From positions 409,658 through 473,657 of the forward strand of contig CAKZGE010000004.1 of assembly GCA_936914845.1 (NCBI GenBank): a stretch of DNA of 64,000 bases. The letters are read 5' to 3'. Positions 20,110 to 29,776 of this stretch are shown in pieces; positions within the stretch are counted from its first letter, which is position 1; the number at the start of each line of letters is the position of its first letter. Source of the stretch: an uncultured Chloracidobacterium sp. (lineage in GTDB: Bacteria > Acidobacteriota > Blastocatellia > Pyrinomonadales > Pyrinomonadaceae). The notes beneath the pieces were generated by a model that did not search any database, was not told where the DNA came from, and was given only the letters and a program-made list of their open reading frames with translations. The translations under genes were made by a program, and so were the position numbers.

Positions 20110-20541
20110 CTACTTGACCCCGAAAAAGAAGAAAAAGAATATCGCGGCATGTTCGGGCTTGATACCGCGAGCATAGCCGATCGTGGAACGCGACGCATTT
20201 TCGACAGTGCCGTTGGATCTGACGTACCCGATGGTTGAACGGCTACTATTCTCAACCGTTCCGTTCGAACGTATATAACCGATGGTCGAGCGGCTCTTGT
20301 TTTCGACAGTTCCGTTATTTTGCAGGTAACCGAGAGTGGAACGCGATGAATTTTCGATGGTCCCGTCCCGTCGAATATATCCGATCGTTGAACCGCTTTT
20401 GCTTTCGATGGTGCCTGAATCTCGAATAAAACCGATTGTCGAACGGCCCTTGTCTTCGACCGCCTGGCCAAAAGTACATACAGCCAAAAAAGCTGCAAAA
20501 CAAATTGGCGGCAAGATGCTACGAATTCTCATGATCTTCAT
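20110..20541 (-). CDS. secreted tandem-repeat protein (about six 17-aa SRSTIGYIRSNGTVENS repeats)
   Basis: Signal peptide MKIMRIRSILPPICFAAFLAVCTFGQA, followed by near-identical 17-residue repeats. The start was chosen at MKIM (the ORF track extends 17 codons upstream). No recognisable family. Confidence 0.55.
   Translation of the reverse strand: MKIMRIRSILPPICFAAFLAVCTFGQAVEDKGRSTIGFIRDSGTIESKSGSTIGYIRRDGTIENSSRSTLGYLQNNGTVENKSRSTIGYIRSNGTVENSSRSTIGYVRSNGTVENASRSTIGYARGIKPEHAAIFFFFFFGVK
20170..20448. repeat. 51-bp tandem coding repeats (about 5.5 copies) inside the repeat-protein gene
   Basis: DNA period of 51 nt. Corresponds to 17-aa protein repeats. Not a CRISPR array: no spacers, and the unit is coding. 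Confidence 0.7.
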
Positions 20542-21823
20542 GTCTGTTCTTTCCAAAAAAACGATAGCAAAAATATATGACCGCGCCGGCACCGGCGGCG
20601 ATGACCATTGCTGCGCCCTCTTTGCTTAAGTCTGATTGCATCAACAGCCAAACGATCAAACCAAGCGACAGCACCGATAGAAGAACGCCGACAGGAGCCA
20701 GAAATTGCGCTTGCGGGACATTATGTTTGCGGCGGAACACGGGCAGCGAAGCACAGGTCGTTGAATATACAAGCAAACGGGTGGTGGTAGCGATGGCGGC
20801 TGCCGTGAAGAACGAAGACCACCAAGCAATGACAAGCATAACGGCGGCAGTCATCAAAATGGAAACCACCGGAGTTTTGTGCTTTACGCTGGTGCGGGCC
20901 AACATACCGGGCAATTCACCTTGTTCGGCCATTGCAAAAGGGATGCGGGAGGCGGAAAGAAAACCGCCATTCAAGTTGCCGAGAATCGAGATCAGAGCTC
21001 CGACGGCAATGAATGCTCCGCCAAACGCGCCCAAAAAATGGGTGGCGGCATCGGCGAGCGGGCGTTCCGCCGAGGCTAGGCCGGGAAAGGTGCCGATGGC
21101 GACCGCTTGGATCGCGATGAACAGGATCGTGCAAACTATGAGAGCGGCGATCAGAGCAAAAGGAACGTTCTTTTGCGGGTTCTTAGTTTCACCGGCGGGA
21201 ATGACGGCCGCTTCAAAACCAACGTAGGCATAGATCAAAAGCAGTACGGCCTCGGAAAAATTGGCATATGTGGGGACGGTTGAGAGATCGAAATTGGCCG
21301 GTTGAACGAAAAACGCGCCGATGCCTGCAAAGACCAACAAAGGCAGAAGTTTGCCAACAGTAAAGATATTGGTCGCGATCGCGGATTCGCGGATCCCGAG
21401 CAGATTCACGGCCGTTAAGCCGGCAACGATGGCGGCGATCAACCCGAAACGCAACGGCCCCTGTGTCGTCTCCGGAAAAAAGAAGCCGAGGTAAAGCAGC
21501 AGGGCATTGCAATTGGCCGCAAAGGTCATTACCCGGACGATCCAATAAAGCCAGCCGACCTCGAACCCGACCAGCGGGCCAAAGGCTTCGCGGGCATATA
21601 GATACATACCGCCGGTGGAATTGAACCGGCTGGAGACCTCGGCAAAACACAATACGATCAACCCGGTAATAACCGCGCAAGCCAGAAAGGCGAACAGGCT
21701 ATAACTGCCGATCAAACCAAAGACCTTGGCGGGCAGAATGAAGATGCCTGTGCCGATGATCGTATTGATCGCAACAGCGGTCAGATCCCAACGGCCTAGG
21801 CCGCGAACGAGTTTTGGTTCCAT
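20519..21823 (-). CDS. APC-family amino acid permease
   Basis: 434 aa, about 12 TM segments. N-terminal GTGIFILPA motif typical of amino acid/polyamine/organocation transporters. Confidence 0.8.
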   Translation of the reverse strand: MEPKLVRGLGRWDLTAVAINTIIGTGIFILPAKVFGLIGSYSLFAFLACAVITGLIVLCFAEVSSRFNSTGGMYLYAREAFGPLVGFEVGWLYWIVRVMTFAANCNALLLYLGFFFPETTQGPLRFGLIAAIVAGLTAVNLLGIRESAIATNIFTVGKLLPLLVFAGIGAFFVQPANFDLSTVPTYANFSEAVLLLIYAYVGFEAAVIPAGETKNPQKNVPFALIAALIVCTILFIAIQAVAIGTFPGLASAERPLADAATHFLGAFGGAFIAVGALISILGNLNGGFLSASRIPFAMAEQGELPGMLARTSVKHKTPVVSILMTAAVMLVIAWWSSFFTAAAIATTTRLLVYSTTCASLPVFRRKHNVPQAQFLAPVGVLLSVLSLGLIVWLLMQSDLSKEGAAMVIAAGAGAVIYFCYRFFGKNRHEDHENS

Positions 21824-21927
21824 ATTTGGCTAAAAAGATAGTCGTTAGCATGCCAGTGTGGAAATCGGATGCGTGTTTCGTTTATACTCTGAAAATCACA
21901 TTTCGTAAAGAATCTAAAGGAAGATCA

Positions 21928-22917
21928 ATGCTCAAACTATCAAAAGCGTTCGTCGCAGCGGCCTGTCTGATCGTCGCTGTTCTATCCGTATCCGCTCAAA
22001 AAAAGGCGGAGATAATTGTGCCTAAAAGCTATCAACCGCCGAAAATGGAAAATTCGGCCGAATTGCAAACGCTGCTTGCGGCGGCCGTGAGCGAATCTGT
22101 TGCGGCTGTTCCGGAAGAGAGGCGCAGGCAGATGAAAGTATCTGCGGCGTTGATCGATGTGACTGATCCGACATTGCTGCGCACCGCCGATGTCGCCGGA
22201 GAGAACGCCTTGTATCCGGCGAGTGTGGTAAAGATGTTCTATATGGCGGCGCTTGAACGCCAGCTGGAAGACGGAAAGGTCTTGATGACCAAAGAGCTTG
22301 AACGCGGGCTGCGTGACATGATCGTAGATTCTTCGAACGAGGCGACACAGTATATTTTGGATGTGTTGACGGATACGGCCAGCGGGGCCGAAAAGCCGCA
22401 AAAGGAATTTGAAGCCTGGCAATTCAAACGAAACCGCGTCAATCGGTGGTTGACGGCGATGGGTTATCAAAATATCAATGTCAATCAAAAGACATTCTGT
22501 GAAGATGCGTACGGCATTGAGCAGCAATCGCGTAATTATAAGGGCGAGAACCGCAATATGCTGACGGCCAATGCTACTGCCCGAATGATGGCGGAGATCG
22601 TGTTGGGACGGTTGAACACGCCGGAACGGACAGCGGCAATGATGAAGCTGATGCATCGCGAGCCATTCACGGCGAAGGACGATTCGCAAGCCACGGAATA
22701 TACCGGCAAGGCCTTTGTGCGACGCGGATTGAACTCTGCTCGGTTGTGGTCAAAGGCGGGTTGGACGGATACCGCCCGGCATGATGCAGCTTATGTAGAA
22801 CTGCCGAACGGCAAAAAGATAGTGTTGGCCATTTTTACGGAAAAAAATGCCGATGACAAGGAATTGATCTCGGCCATTGCCGGCAAAGTAATAGACGAAG
22901 TTTTGAAACAAAAATAA
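21928..22917 (+). CDS. secreted serine hydrolase, class A beta-lactamase-like
   Basis: Signal peptide (MLKLSKAFVAAACLIVAVLSVSA). SVVK (SxxK), SSN (SDN-like) and KAG (KTG-like) motifs at the expected spacing. The start was moved to the internal Met. Confidence 0.55.
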   Translation: MLKLSKAFVAAACLIVAVLSVSAQKKAEIIVPKSYQPPKMENSAELQTLLAAAVSESVAAVPEERRRQMKVSAALIDVTDPTLLRTADVAGENALYPASVVKMFYMAALERQLEDGKVLMTKELERGLRDMIVDSSNEATQYILDVLTDTASGAEKPQKEFEAWQFKRNRVNRWLTAMGYQNINVNQKTFCEDAYGIEQQSRNYKGENRNMLTANATARMMAEIVLGRLNTPERTAAMMKLMHREPFTAKDDSQATEYTGKAFVRRGLNSARLWSKAGWTDTARHDAAYVELPNGKKIVLAIFTEKNADDKELISAIAGKVIDEVLKQK

Positions 22918-22926
22918 GAGAACCTG

Positions 22927-25302
22927 ATGAAAAAATATACCGCTGCGATCTGTATAACTCTGTCGTTCGCCTTGATGGCTTTGGCGCAAGGCTCTTACAA
23001 AAAGCCGCCACAGGAAGTGCTCGACGTATTGAACGCTCCGAACATCCCGACCATTTCGGTCGCCCCGACAGCAGGCCGGATCGCCCTTTACGAACCGCTG
23101 CGATATCCGCCGATCTCCGAACTTTCCCAGCCGATGTTGAGACTGGCCGGGCTGCGGATAAATCCGTTGACCAACGCACAGCATAGACAGCCGTATTCCG
23201 TCAGCATAAAGATCAAGGACATCGCAACCGGCGAAGAAAAAGCGGTGAACATGCCGAAAGATGCACAGATAGTGACGCCGCAATGGTCGCCGGACGGCCG
23301 TTACATCGCGGCCGGAAATGTGACGGCCAAGGGTGTCGAGCTGTGGATCATCGACGCGACCGCCGGGTCGGCTAAAAAGGTGGCGGGTGCAATGGTGAAT
23401 ACTGCTTTTGGTCAATTTGCCTGGCATGGGCCGAATGAGCTTTTAGCGACGCTGGTGCCGACTTCGCGACCGGCCGCTCCGGCGTACCGCGACCTGACGC
23501 CGACCGAGCCGAATATACAGGAGACGTCCGGCAAGCGCGGTGCGGTGCAAACATTTCAGGATCTTTTGAAAAGCCCAAATGACGAGGAGCTTTTCGAATA
23601 TTACACAACATCGCAAATAGCCGCGATAGGTGCTGACGGCCGTGTGCGAAAGATAGGCCAACCCGGCATCTATGATGATGTGGACCTTTCGCCGGACGGC
23701 AAGTATTTGCTCGTTTCGCGGATAAAGCGGCCGTTTTCCTATTTGTTTCCCTATTCTCGATTTCCGGAAAACTTCGAGATATGGGATCCGACATCCGGGA
23801 AATTGCTGAAAACGGTGGCCGAACTGCCTTTGCTGGACAGCCTGCCGGTACAAGGCGTAACGACGAAGCCGCGTACGATAGATTGGGTTCCGACGCTTCC
23901 GGCCACGTTGATGTGGGCAGAAGCCTTGGATGGCGGCGACCCGCGAAGCAAGGTGGTTCCGCGGGATAAGCTGATGACACTGGCTGCACCTTTTACCGAA
24001 GAGCCTAAAGAACTGGTCAAGGTCGAGAACCGCTATTCCGGGCGAATATTCGGCGAAAAGGATGGGCTAATGCTCTACTTTGACTTTGACCGAGACAAGC
24101 AGCGACGACGTATTTTTGCTATCGACATTCGAAACCCCGGTGAACCGAAACTTCTTTCGGACATTAACATCAACGACCGGTACAACGATATCGGAATGCC
24201 GGTGATGAGAACGTTGCCGTCCGGCAGCACCGTGATCCGGCAAAATGGTGATTCGATATTCCTGTCCGGAAACGGAGCGTCACCGGAAGGCGACCGACCG
24301 TTTCTGCGGCGAATGGACCTGAAAACACTGAAGATCGATGAATTGTTCCGCTCCGGGACGGCAGAATACGAAACGTTTGCCGGAATGACGTCAGAGGACG
24401 GCAGCAAGTTTTTGACCCGAAAAGAATCAGTCGTTGAACCGCCAAACCTCTTTTTCCGACAGGGCGGGTCAGCAAAACAGATCACGGATTTCAAAGATCC
24501 TTCGCCGCAGCTTCGAGGAATAAGTAAACAGCTCGTTAAATATAAACGAGCCGATGGCGTTGACCTTTCATTTACGCTATATTTGCCGCCTGGCTACAAA
24601 AGCGGAACTCCGCTGCCGACCGTGGTGTGGGCATATCCGCTGGAATATACCGATGCTTCGACGGCCGGCCAGGTTACCGGTTCGACCAACCGTTTTACGC
24701 AGATCGGCGGAATGTCGCACCTTTTCTTTTTGCTTCGGGGCTATGCTGTGCTTGATAACACCACCATGCCGGTGGTCGGCGATCCGCTAACGGTGAACGA
24801 TACGTTTATCAAGCAGATCGTCGATTCGGCAAAAGCCGCGATCGACAAAGGCGTTGAGATGGGAGTGGTCGATCGGGAACGGGTCGGGGTCGGCGGTCAT
24901 AGCTACGGCGCGTTCATGACGGCCAATCTGCTGGCACATTCTGATCTTTTCAAGGCGGGCATCGCCCGCAGCGGAGCATACAATCGAACGCTTACGCCGT
25001 TTGGGTTCCAGTCCGAACGCCGTTCGTTTTGGGAGGCTCCCGAATTGTACGCTAAAGTTTCGCCATTTTTTTACGCGGACAAGATCAATGAACCGATACT
25101 TCTGATCCACGGTGAGGCGGACAACAACCAAGGGACGTATCCGATCCAGTCAGAACGGCTATTTGCGGCTATCAGCGGGAACGGCGGCACATCGCGGCTA
25201 GTTATGCTTCCGCTCGAATCGCACGGCTACGCAGCTCGCGAATCGATCGAACATACACTATTTGAAATGATCGATTGGTTCGACAAATATGTGAAGCAGT
25301 AG
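22927..25302 (+). CDS. S9 family serine peptidase (prolyl oligopeptidase/dipeptidyl-peptidase-like), secreted
   Basis: 791 aa. Signal peptide. N-terminal beta-propeller-like region (WSPDGRYIA repeats). C-terminal alpha/beta hydrolase with GGHSYGAF (GxSxG) and catalytic Asp/His candidates. Confidence 0.8.
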   Translation: MKKYTAAICITLSFALMALAQGSYKKPPQEVLDVLNAPNIPTISVAPTAGRIALYEPLRYPPISELSQPMLRLAGLRINPLTNAQHRQPYSVSIKIKDIATGEEKAVNMPKDAQIVTPQWSPDGRYIAAGNVTAKGVELWIIDATAGSAKKVAGAMVNTAFGQFAWHGPNELLATLVPTSRPAAPAYRDLTPTEPNIQETSGKRGAVQTFQDLLKSPNDEELFEYYTTSQIAAIGADGRVRKIGQPGIYDDVDLSPDGKYLLVSRIKRPFSYLFPYSRFPENFEIWDPTSGKLLKTVAELPLLDSLPVQGVTTKPRTIDWVPTLPATLMWAEALDGGDPRSKVVPRDKLMTLAAPFTEEPKELVKVENRYSGRIFGEKDGLMLYFDFDRDKQRRRIFAIDIRNPGEPKLLSDININDRYNDIGMPVMRTLPSGSTVIRQNGDSIFLSGNGASPEGDRPFLRRMDLKTLKIDELFRSGTAEYETFAGMTSEDGSKFLTRKESVVEPPNLFFRQGGSAKQITDFKDPSPQLRGISKQLVKYKRADGVDLSFTLYLPPGYKSGTPLPTVVWAYPLEYTDASTAGQVTGSTNRFTQIGGMSHLFFLLRGYAVLDNTTMPVVGDPLTVNDTFIKQIVDSAKAAIDKGVEMGVVDRERVGVGGHSYGAFMTANLLAHSDLFKAGIARSGAYNRTLTPFGFQSERRSFWEAPELYAKVSPFFYADKINEPILLIHGEADNNQGTYPIQSERLFAAISGNGGTSRLVMLPLESHGYAARESIEHTLFEMIDWFDKYVKQ

Positions 25303-25324
25303 TTTTGGTGCCCAAAAAGGAAAA

Positions 25325-25367
25325 CACGAACGGTTTCGGGAAAGCTCGGGGCGTTCGTGCTTTTTTG
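25325..25367 (+). terminator. rho-independent terminator after the S9 peptidase gene
   Basis: Stem cacgaacg ... cgttcgtg followed by cttttttg. Confidence 0.55.
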
Positions 25368-25460
25368 TGCCGGGAATATTTTGCGGCAACCCGTAAATAA
25401 AGAAATTTCATCGCAGTTCAGCGGCTGTAAAGCTGCCAAAAAATAAACTTACAAATCAGC

Positions 25461-25817
25461 ATGGAGGAGAACATGACATTTGCAAAAAGAATGGGCCTAA
25501 CGCTCGCAGGGATCATTTTCCTGACGGGTGCTTTCGCCATTTCATCAGAAGCTCAGTGGCGTGGCGGCGATCGCCAATGGGGAAACAACGATAGACGCGG
25601 TTATGGCTACGGCCGCAATGACCGTTGGCGTGATGCCAGGCGGCGCGAAGATTTTCGCCGAGCCTTGATCCGCAAGCGGATGGCAGAACGCCGCCAGTGG
25701 TACAACCGCGGATGGAATAACCGCCGTTGGGACAATCGTCGGAACGGTTATTACCGCTACCAGACTTACCGGCCATATTACCGTCGGCCGGCAACACGTT
25801 ACTACGTAAGATACTAA
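25461..25817 (+). CDS. small secreted Arg/Trp/Tyr/Asn-rich low-complexity protein
   Basis: 118 aa. Signal peptide, then a highly basic (R/W/Y/N) low-complexity tail (WRGGDRQWGNNDRRGYGYGRNDRWR...). Strong terminator downstream. Confidence 0.5.
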   Translation: MEENMTFAKRMGLTLAGIIFLTGAFAISSEAQWRGGDRQWGNNDRRGYGYGRNDRWRDARRREDFRRALIRKRMAERRQWYNRGWNNRRWDNRRNGYYRYQTYRPYYRRPATRYYVRY

Positions 25818-25850
25818 AGCAAGTTCGCTCTCCTCGAATATGCCCTCAAA

Positions 25851-25882
25851 AAGAACAGTCGATCCGGACTGTTCTTTTTTTC
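25851..25882 (+). terminator. rho-independent terminator
   Basis: aaagaacagtc-gatccg-gactgttcttt followed by a T7 run. Confidence 0.7.
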
Positions 25883-25953
25883 GCCCATTTTTAATTTACA
25901 GACGTCATATTCAATACCGGAACGATACCGGCAAGAAAATAATGGAGTAAAAA

Positions 25954-26319
25954 ATGGGAAAGAAAAAAATGATGTTTGGTTTAATGTTAGGGTTGGCAGG
26001 AGCGACATTTGCAGTTCATGATGTCAATGCTCAGGCCGCTTCGCAGAAAGGCCGTCCAAATTACCAGACCGTTAACAAGCGGCAATCCAATCAGCAGCAG
26101 CGGATCGTAAACGGCATGGCAAACGGATCACTGAACAAAAAAGAGGCCACACGGTTGGAAAATCAGCAAACACGAATCGATCGTATGGAAGACCGCTTTC
26201 GAACATCAGGAACAGGATTGAACCGGCGAGAACGCATTGTGCTCGACCGTGCCCAGGATAGAGCAAGTAGAAACATACGCCGGCAAAAACACGACCGGGG
26301 CGGCACCCGCCGTCTGTGA
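25954..26319 (+). CDS. small secreted basic Gln/Arg-rich protein
   Basis: 121 aa. Signal peptide (MFGLMLGLAGATFAVHDVNA) then polar helical-looking Q/R/N-rich sequence. Own RBS-like AGGAG upstream. Candidate terminator at 26348-26385. Confidence 0.5.
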   Translation: MGKKKMMFGLMLGLAGATFAVHDVNAQAASQKGRPNYQTVNKRQSNQQQRIVNGMANGSLNKKEATRLENQQTRIDRMEDRFRTSGTGLNRRERIVLDRAQDRASRNIRRQKHDRGGTRRL

Positions 26320-26439
26320 ACTACAAATGATCGATCTTTTAGAGAGAGGCTGCCGCGTTCTGCTCGGCGGCCTTTTATGCTTTTCAAAAAAGACGATAAG
26401 CAGTAGAATTTTTTCATCTCTTCCGAAATTGAAATAATT

Positions 26440-27720
26440 ATGAAAACAAAAATATCTGCTGTTTTGATGTCGATCTTGGTGGTATGTGCTGCGACCGCCG
26501 CCGGGCAGACGATGCCGAAGGATGCCGATCCGAAATTGTGGGAAAAGGCTCTGAAAATACATCGCAAAGCGATAGTCGTTGACGGACACAACGACATAAC
26601 ATCGCCGATGGTGGATGAAGATTTCGATATGCGTTCAAACTCCGTCGGGAAATATCATCTCGGCGGCGACCCTTTCCATACGGACATTGCCCGGTTAAAG
26701 GCGGGCGGCATTACGGCGACGTTCTTTTCGATATATGTTTCGGGCAGCTCAATGAAAACCGGTGGGGCGATGCGCCGGGCAATGGACCTGATCGATGCTA
26801 CAAACCGCGAGGTTGAACGAAATCCCGATACATTTGTTTCCTGTACGACCGCCGCTGACATACGGCGGGCAAAAAAAGCCGGAAAGATGTGTGCTCTTAT
26901 GGGCGTTGAAGGCGGCTATGTAATAGAAGATTCGCTCTATGCGCTGAGAAATTTCTATCGCTTGGGAATTCGTTACATGACCTTGACGCATAATGTAGCG
27001 ACCAACTGGGCAGATGCGCATCGTGATGAAAAACATAATGGGTTGACCGATTTCGGCAAAGAGGTAGTGCAGGAAATGAACCGGCTGGGAATGTTGGTCG
27101 ATATTTCCCACGTTTCTGAAAAGACTATGAATGATGTGCTCGACATTACCAGATCTCCGGTCATCGCATCTCATTCATCCGCCCGCGGCGTCAACGACCA
27201 CACCCGAAATGTTTCAGATGCCGTGTTGAAGCGCGTCGCTAAAAACGGCGGTGTCGTAATGGTGAATTTCTATCCATCGTTTTTGGACGCCCGTACCAAT
27301 AAAGAAGAAAATGAGCGGGCAGAACGGCTCCGCGAACAGACATCGAAGCTTCGAGAGCAGTTCAAAGACGATCGCCGGGGTTTTGATGAAGCACTCAGAA
27401 AATTGGAAGAAGCAAACCCGATCTATATTACGCCTTACATGAAGATCGTAGATCACATTGACCACATAAAGAATATTGCCGGGATCGACCATGTCGGCAT
27501 CGGATCCGATTTTGATGGCGTCCCGTTTTTGCCGACCGGTATGAACGGAGCCGAAGATCTGCCGGTTGTGACCTATGAAATGCTGAGACGCGGATATTCT
27601 GAGGGAGACATCAAAAAGGTTCTCGGAGAAAACTTTCTACGTGCTTTCGCCGAAGCCGAAAAAGTGGCCGGCAACCGAAAGATCAGTGCCGGCGGCAGCT
27701 TGAAAAAGCTTGTGAAATAG
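26440..27720 (+). CDS. membrane dipeptidase, peptidase family M19 (renal dipeptidase-like), secreted
   Basis: 426 aa. Signal peptide. VVDGHNDI motif, plus HSSARG and GIGSDFDG motifs characteristic of M19. Confidence 0.8.
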   Translation: MKTKISAVLMSILVVCAATAAGQTMPKDADPKLWEKALKIHRKAIVVDGHNDITSPMVDEDFDMRSNSVGKYHLGGDPFHTDIARLKAGGITATFFSIYVSGSSMKTGGAMRRAMDLIDATNREVERNPDTFVSCTTAADIRRAKKAGKMCALMGVEGGYVIEDSLYALRNFYRLGIRYMTLTHNVATNWADAHRDEKHNGLTDFGKEVVQEMNRLGMLVDISHVSEKTMNDVLDITRSPVIASHSSARGVNDHTRNVSDAVLKRVAKNGGVVMVNFYPSFLDARTNKEENERAERLREQTSKLREQFKDDRRGFDEALRKLEEANPIYITPYMKIVDHIDHIKNIAGIDHVGIGSDFDGVPFLPTGMNGAEDLPVVTYEMLRRGYSEGDIKKVLGENFLRAFAEAEKVAGNRKISAGGSLKKLVK

Positions 27721-27735
27721 CGATCAAGATCAAAA

Positions 27736-27766
27736 AAGAGGCTGGTTTCAGAACAGCCTCTTTTGC
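27736..27766. terminator. bidirectional rho-independent terminator between convergent genes
   Basis: aagaggctg-gtttcagaa-cagcctctt hairpin flanked by A-run and T-run. Lies between the dipeptidase gene (+) and the lyase gene (-). Confidence 0.65.
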
Positions 27767-27776
27767 GGTATAAGAG

Positions 27777-29774
27777 TTATTTTTTGATCTCCAGTTTGAT
27801 CTCGAGATCCTGCGTTCTCGTTTTTGCTTTGGTCGAAATATTCAAACGCACACCGCGCTCTTCGCGTTCCCCTTTATCCACAGATCCGGGACGGCCGGGC
27901 GTTGTCAGGATATTCTTTTCCACCTCCATTTTAAACAGATCCGGTTTGGCAATCGTCACAAAAAGGGAAGGAGCAGGCGGCTCAAAAATGAACCGGCCCG
28001 GCCCGTCGCCGATGATGGAATTGTCCGCATGCAGGAACGACGTTACCGTGCGGGGAATGTCGGTGGCGATCCGGTCTTTGACGATAAAGCTGCCGGGAGC
28101 GATGAATTCAAAGCTCCGGACCAGCTTTTTAACGCCGACCTCCGGTTCGTAGGCAGCGGCAATGTCTGCGGTAACGGCAACTCGATCTTTTTCCAGCAGA
28201 ACATTGGTCAACCGGATCTTGTTCAGCCGCGAATATGGGATGCCGGTGAAAACGTCGTGGCCTTTGCCTTCGCGGTTTTGGCCGATGCCGTCAAATACCA
28301 GCGTGTTGTGATGTTCGGTCAGTGGAAGCCCGGCGTAACCGGAATCGCCCGTCAGGTATTTACCATTCGCCCAGATTATGAAACTGCCGGCATCCGGGTG
28401 AGCATGACCGCTGGAAAGACGCCAATCCGGAAATTGTTCGACCTTTTCCGTTACGGAATGGCCTTCCGGCGGACCGGCCTTAAAGGCGAAAGCCGTAGCA
28501 TCGTCGGCCCAATTGTTTCGCCAGAACACGACGCCGTGATCTTCGAAATAATGAGATGTGGGCTGTTGTTCGATCGATATTGCTCTGATCTCCGGCCGAT
28601 ACCAAATGAATGTCCAGATCTCTTCTGCGTTGACTTGGCCTTTAGACCGCAGCCAGTTTGCAACGCCCTGTGCCTCGCCGCTGTTATAACGTCCGGCAAG
28701 ATTGAATAGAATGTTGTAGTTCGTGCGAAATCTGCCGTCTATGCGTTCGCGTTCATAATCATTACCTTTGCGTGAGCGGGTAACATTCCCGGCATAGATA
28801 TCGCCGAAATCGAAATTGAATTCGCCGCCCGGCAGCGTAATATGTGAAACATATTTGTGGGCAAGTCTGAAGCCCGGCGTGGTTTGATAGAGATCTTCGC
28901 CGGTCGATGCATGATGGGCATCCATATAATGCACTAACCAGGGCGTGGAGAATATCCAATATTCCATGCTTTCGTAGAAATAACCGTCCTGGGTGTAGGT
29001 AGCCAACACGCGGTCAAAGATGGCGCGTGAAAGATCAGCCCATTTCTGAGCTTCGGGGATCTCATCCATCAATGCATAGGCGGTAACGGCTAAACCGCTG
29101 GTCGGTATGAACGTGTGATTTTGACTGTATGCATAGGTCTTGCCTTTTTTGGGTTTGAAAAAGTCGTATAAAAGCCGAGCCTGTTTGACCAGCTTTTCGC
29201 GATACTTTGTTCGCTCCGCCGCAGTCAGGTCATGGTATAACAGGTCGTAGGCCCAGCCCATACCGTAAAGGAGATGGCCGGCTGCCAGATCGACATTTGG
29301 CTTATTGTATGAATACCCCCAAATGTCGTAGCTGACCGCGGCGTCCATATATTTTTTCGCCGCATCAAGGTATTTCTTTTCTCCGGTGATCTTAAAAATA
29401 AGCGCGGCTTCGGCGATGCCCAACCCAACCTCGTTTTGCACACGACGTTCTTCTGCCGGCGGAGCGGGCGGTTCGACCGACAAAGCTCGCACCCGGGCAA
29501 GTGCCGCTTCCCACAGCTCTTTCTGGTCGAGCGTTTTTTGCTTTAACGCATCTATTTGAGACTGGTTCAAGTAAACTCGCGGATGAACGCCTTTCAATTC
29601 CGGGCGGAGGTTGACGGGATGTTCCCGCATCAACCTTTCGATCGGGTGTTCGCCTTTCAGTCGAGCTCCGGCAGCTTTTTCGGCCTCGAGTTCCTGTTTA
29701 TCCTGAGCGGCAACGGCTGCCATTGAAAACGCCGTAATAAGGACAAAGGTAATTATCTTTTGGTAAAACTTCAT
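27777..29774 (-). CDS. heparinase II/III-like polysaccharide lyase with N-terminal alginate-lyase-like (DUF4962) domain (PL15/PL17/PL12-like)
   Basis: 665 aa. Signal peptide. Alpha/alpha-toroid N-terminal region (WGYSYNKPNVDLAAGHLLYGMGWAY) and a C-terminal heparinase II/III-like domain (GHAHPDAGSFIIWANGKYLTGDSGY). Paralog of the 37732-40002 gene. Confidence 0.7.
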   Translation of the reverse strand: MKFYQKIITFVLITAFSMAAVAAQDKQELEAEKAAGARLKGEHPIERLMREHPVNLRPELKGVHPRVYLNQSQIDALKQKTLDQKELWEAALARVRALSVEPPAPPAEERRVQNEVGLGIAEAALIFKITGEKKYLDAAKKYMDAAVSYDIWGYSYNKPNVDLAAGHLLYGMGWAYDLLYHDLTAAERTKYREKLVKQARLLYDFFKPKKGKTYAYSQNHTFIPTSGLAVTAYALMDEIPEAQKWADLSRAIFDRVLATYTQDGYFYESMEYWIFSTPWLVHYMDAHHASTGEDLYQTTPGFRLAHKYVSHITLPGGEFNFDFGDIYAGNVTRSRKGNDYERERIDGRFRTNYNILFNLAGRYNSGEAQGVANWLRSKGQVNAEEIWTFIWYRPEIRAISIEQQPTSHYFEDHGVVFWRNNWADDATAFAFKAGPPEGHSVTEKVEQFPDWRLSSGHAHPDAGSFIIWANGKYLTGDSGYAGLPLTEHHNTLVFDGIGQNREGKGHDVFTGIPYSRLNKIRLTNVLLEKDRVAVTADIAAAYEPEVGVKKLVRSFEFIAPGSFIVKDRIATDIPRTVTSFLHADNSIIGDGPGRFIFEPPAPSLFVTIAKPDLFKMEVEKNILTTPGRPGSVDKGEREERGVRLNISTKAKTRTQDLEIKLEIKK

Positions 29775-29776
29775 AA

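Noticed and set aside
20150-20480. Regular 51-bp DNA repeats that could be mistaken for a CRISPR array
   Set aside because: The repeats are contiguous with no unique spacers, lie inside an ORF with a signal peptide, and encode a 17-aa protein repeat. There are no cas genes.
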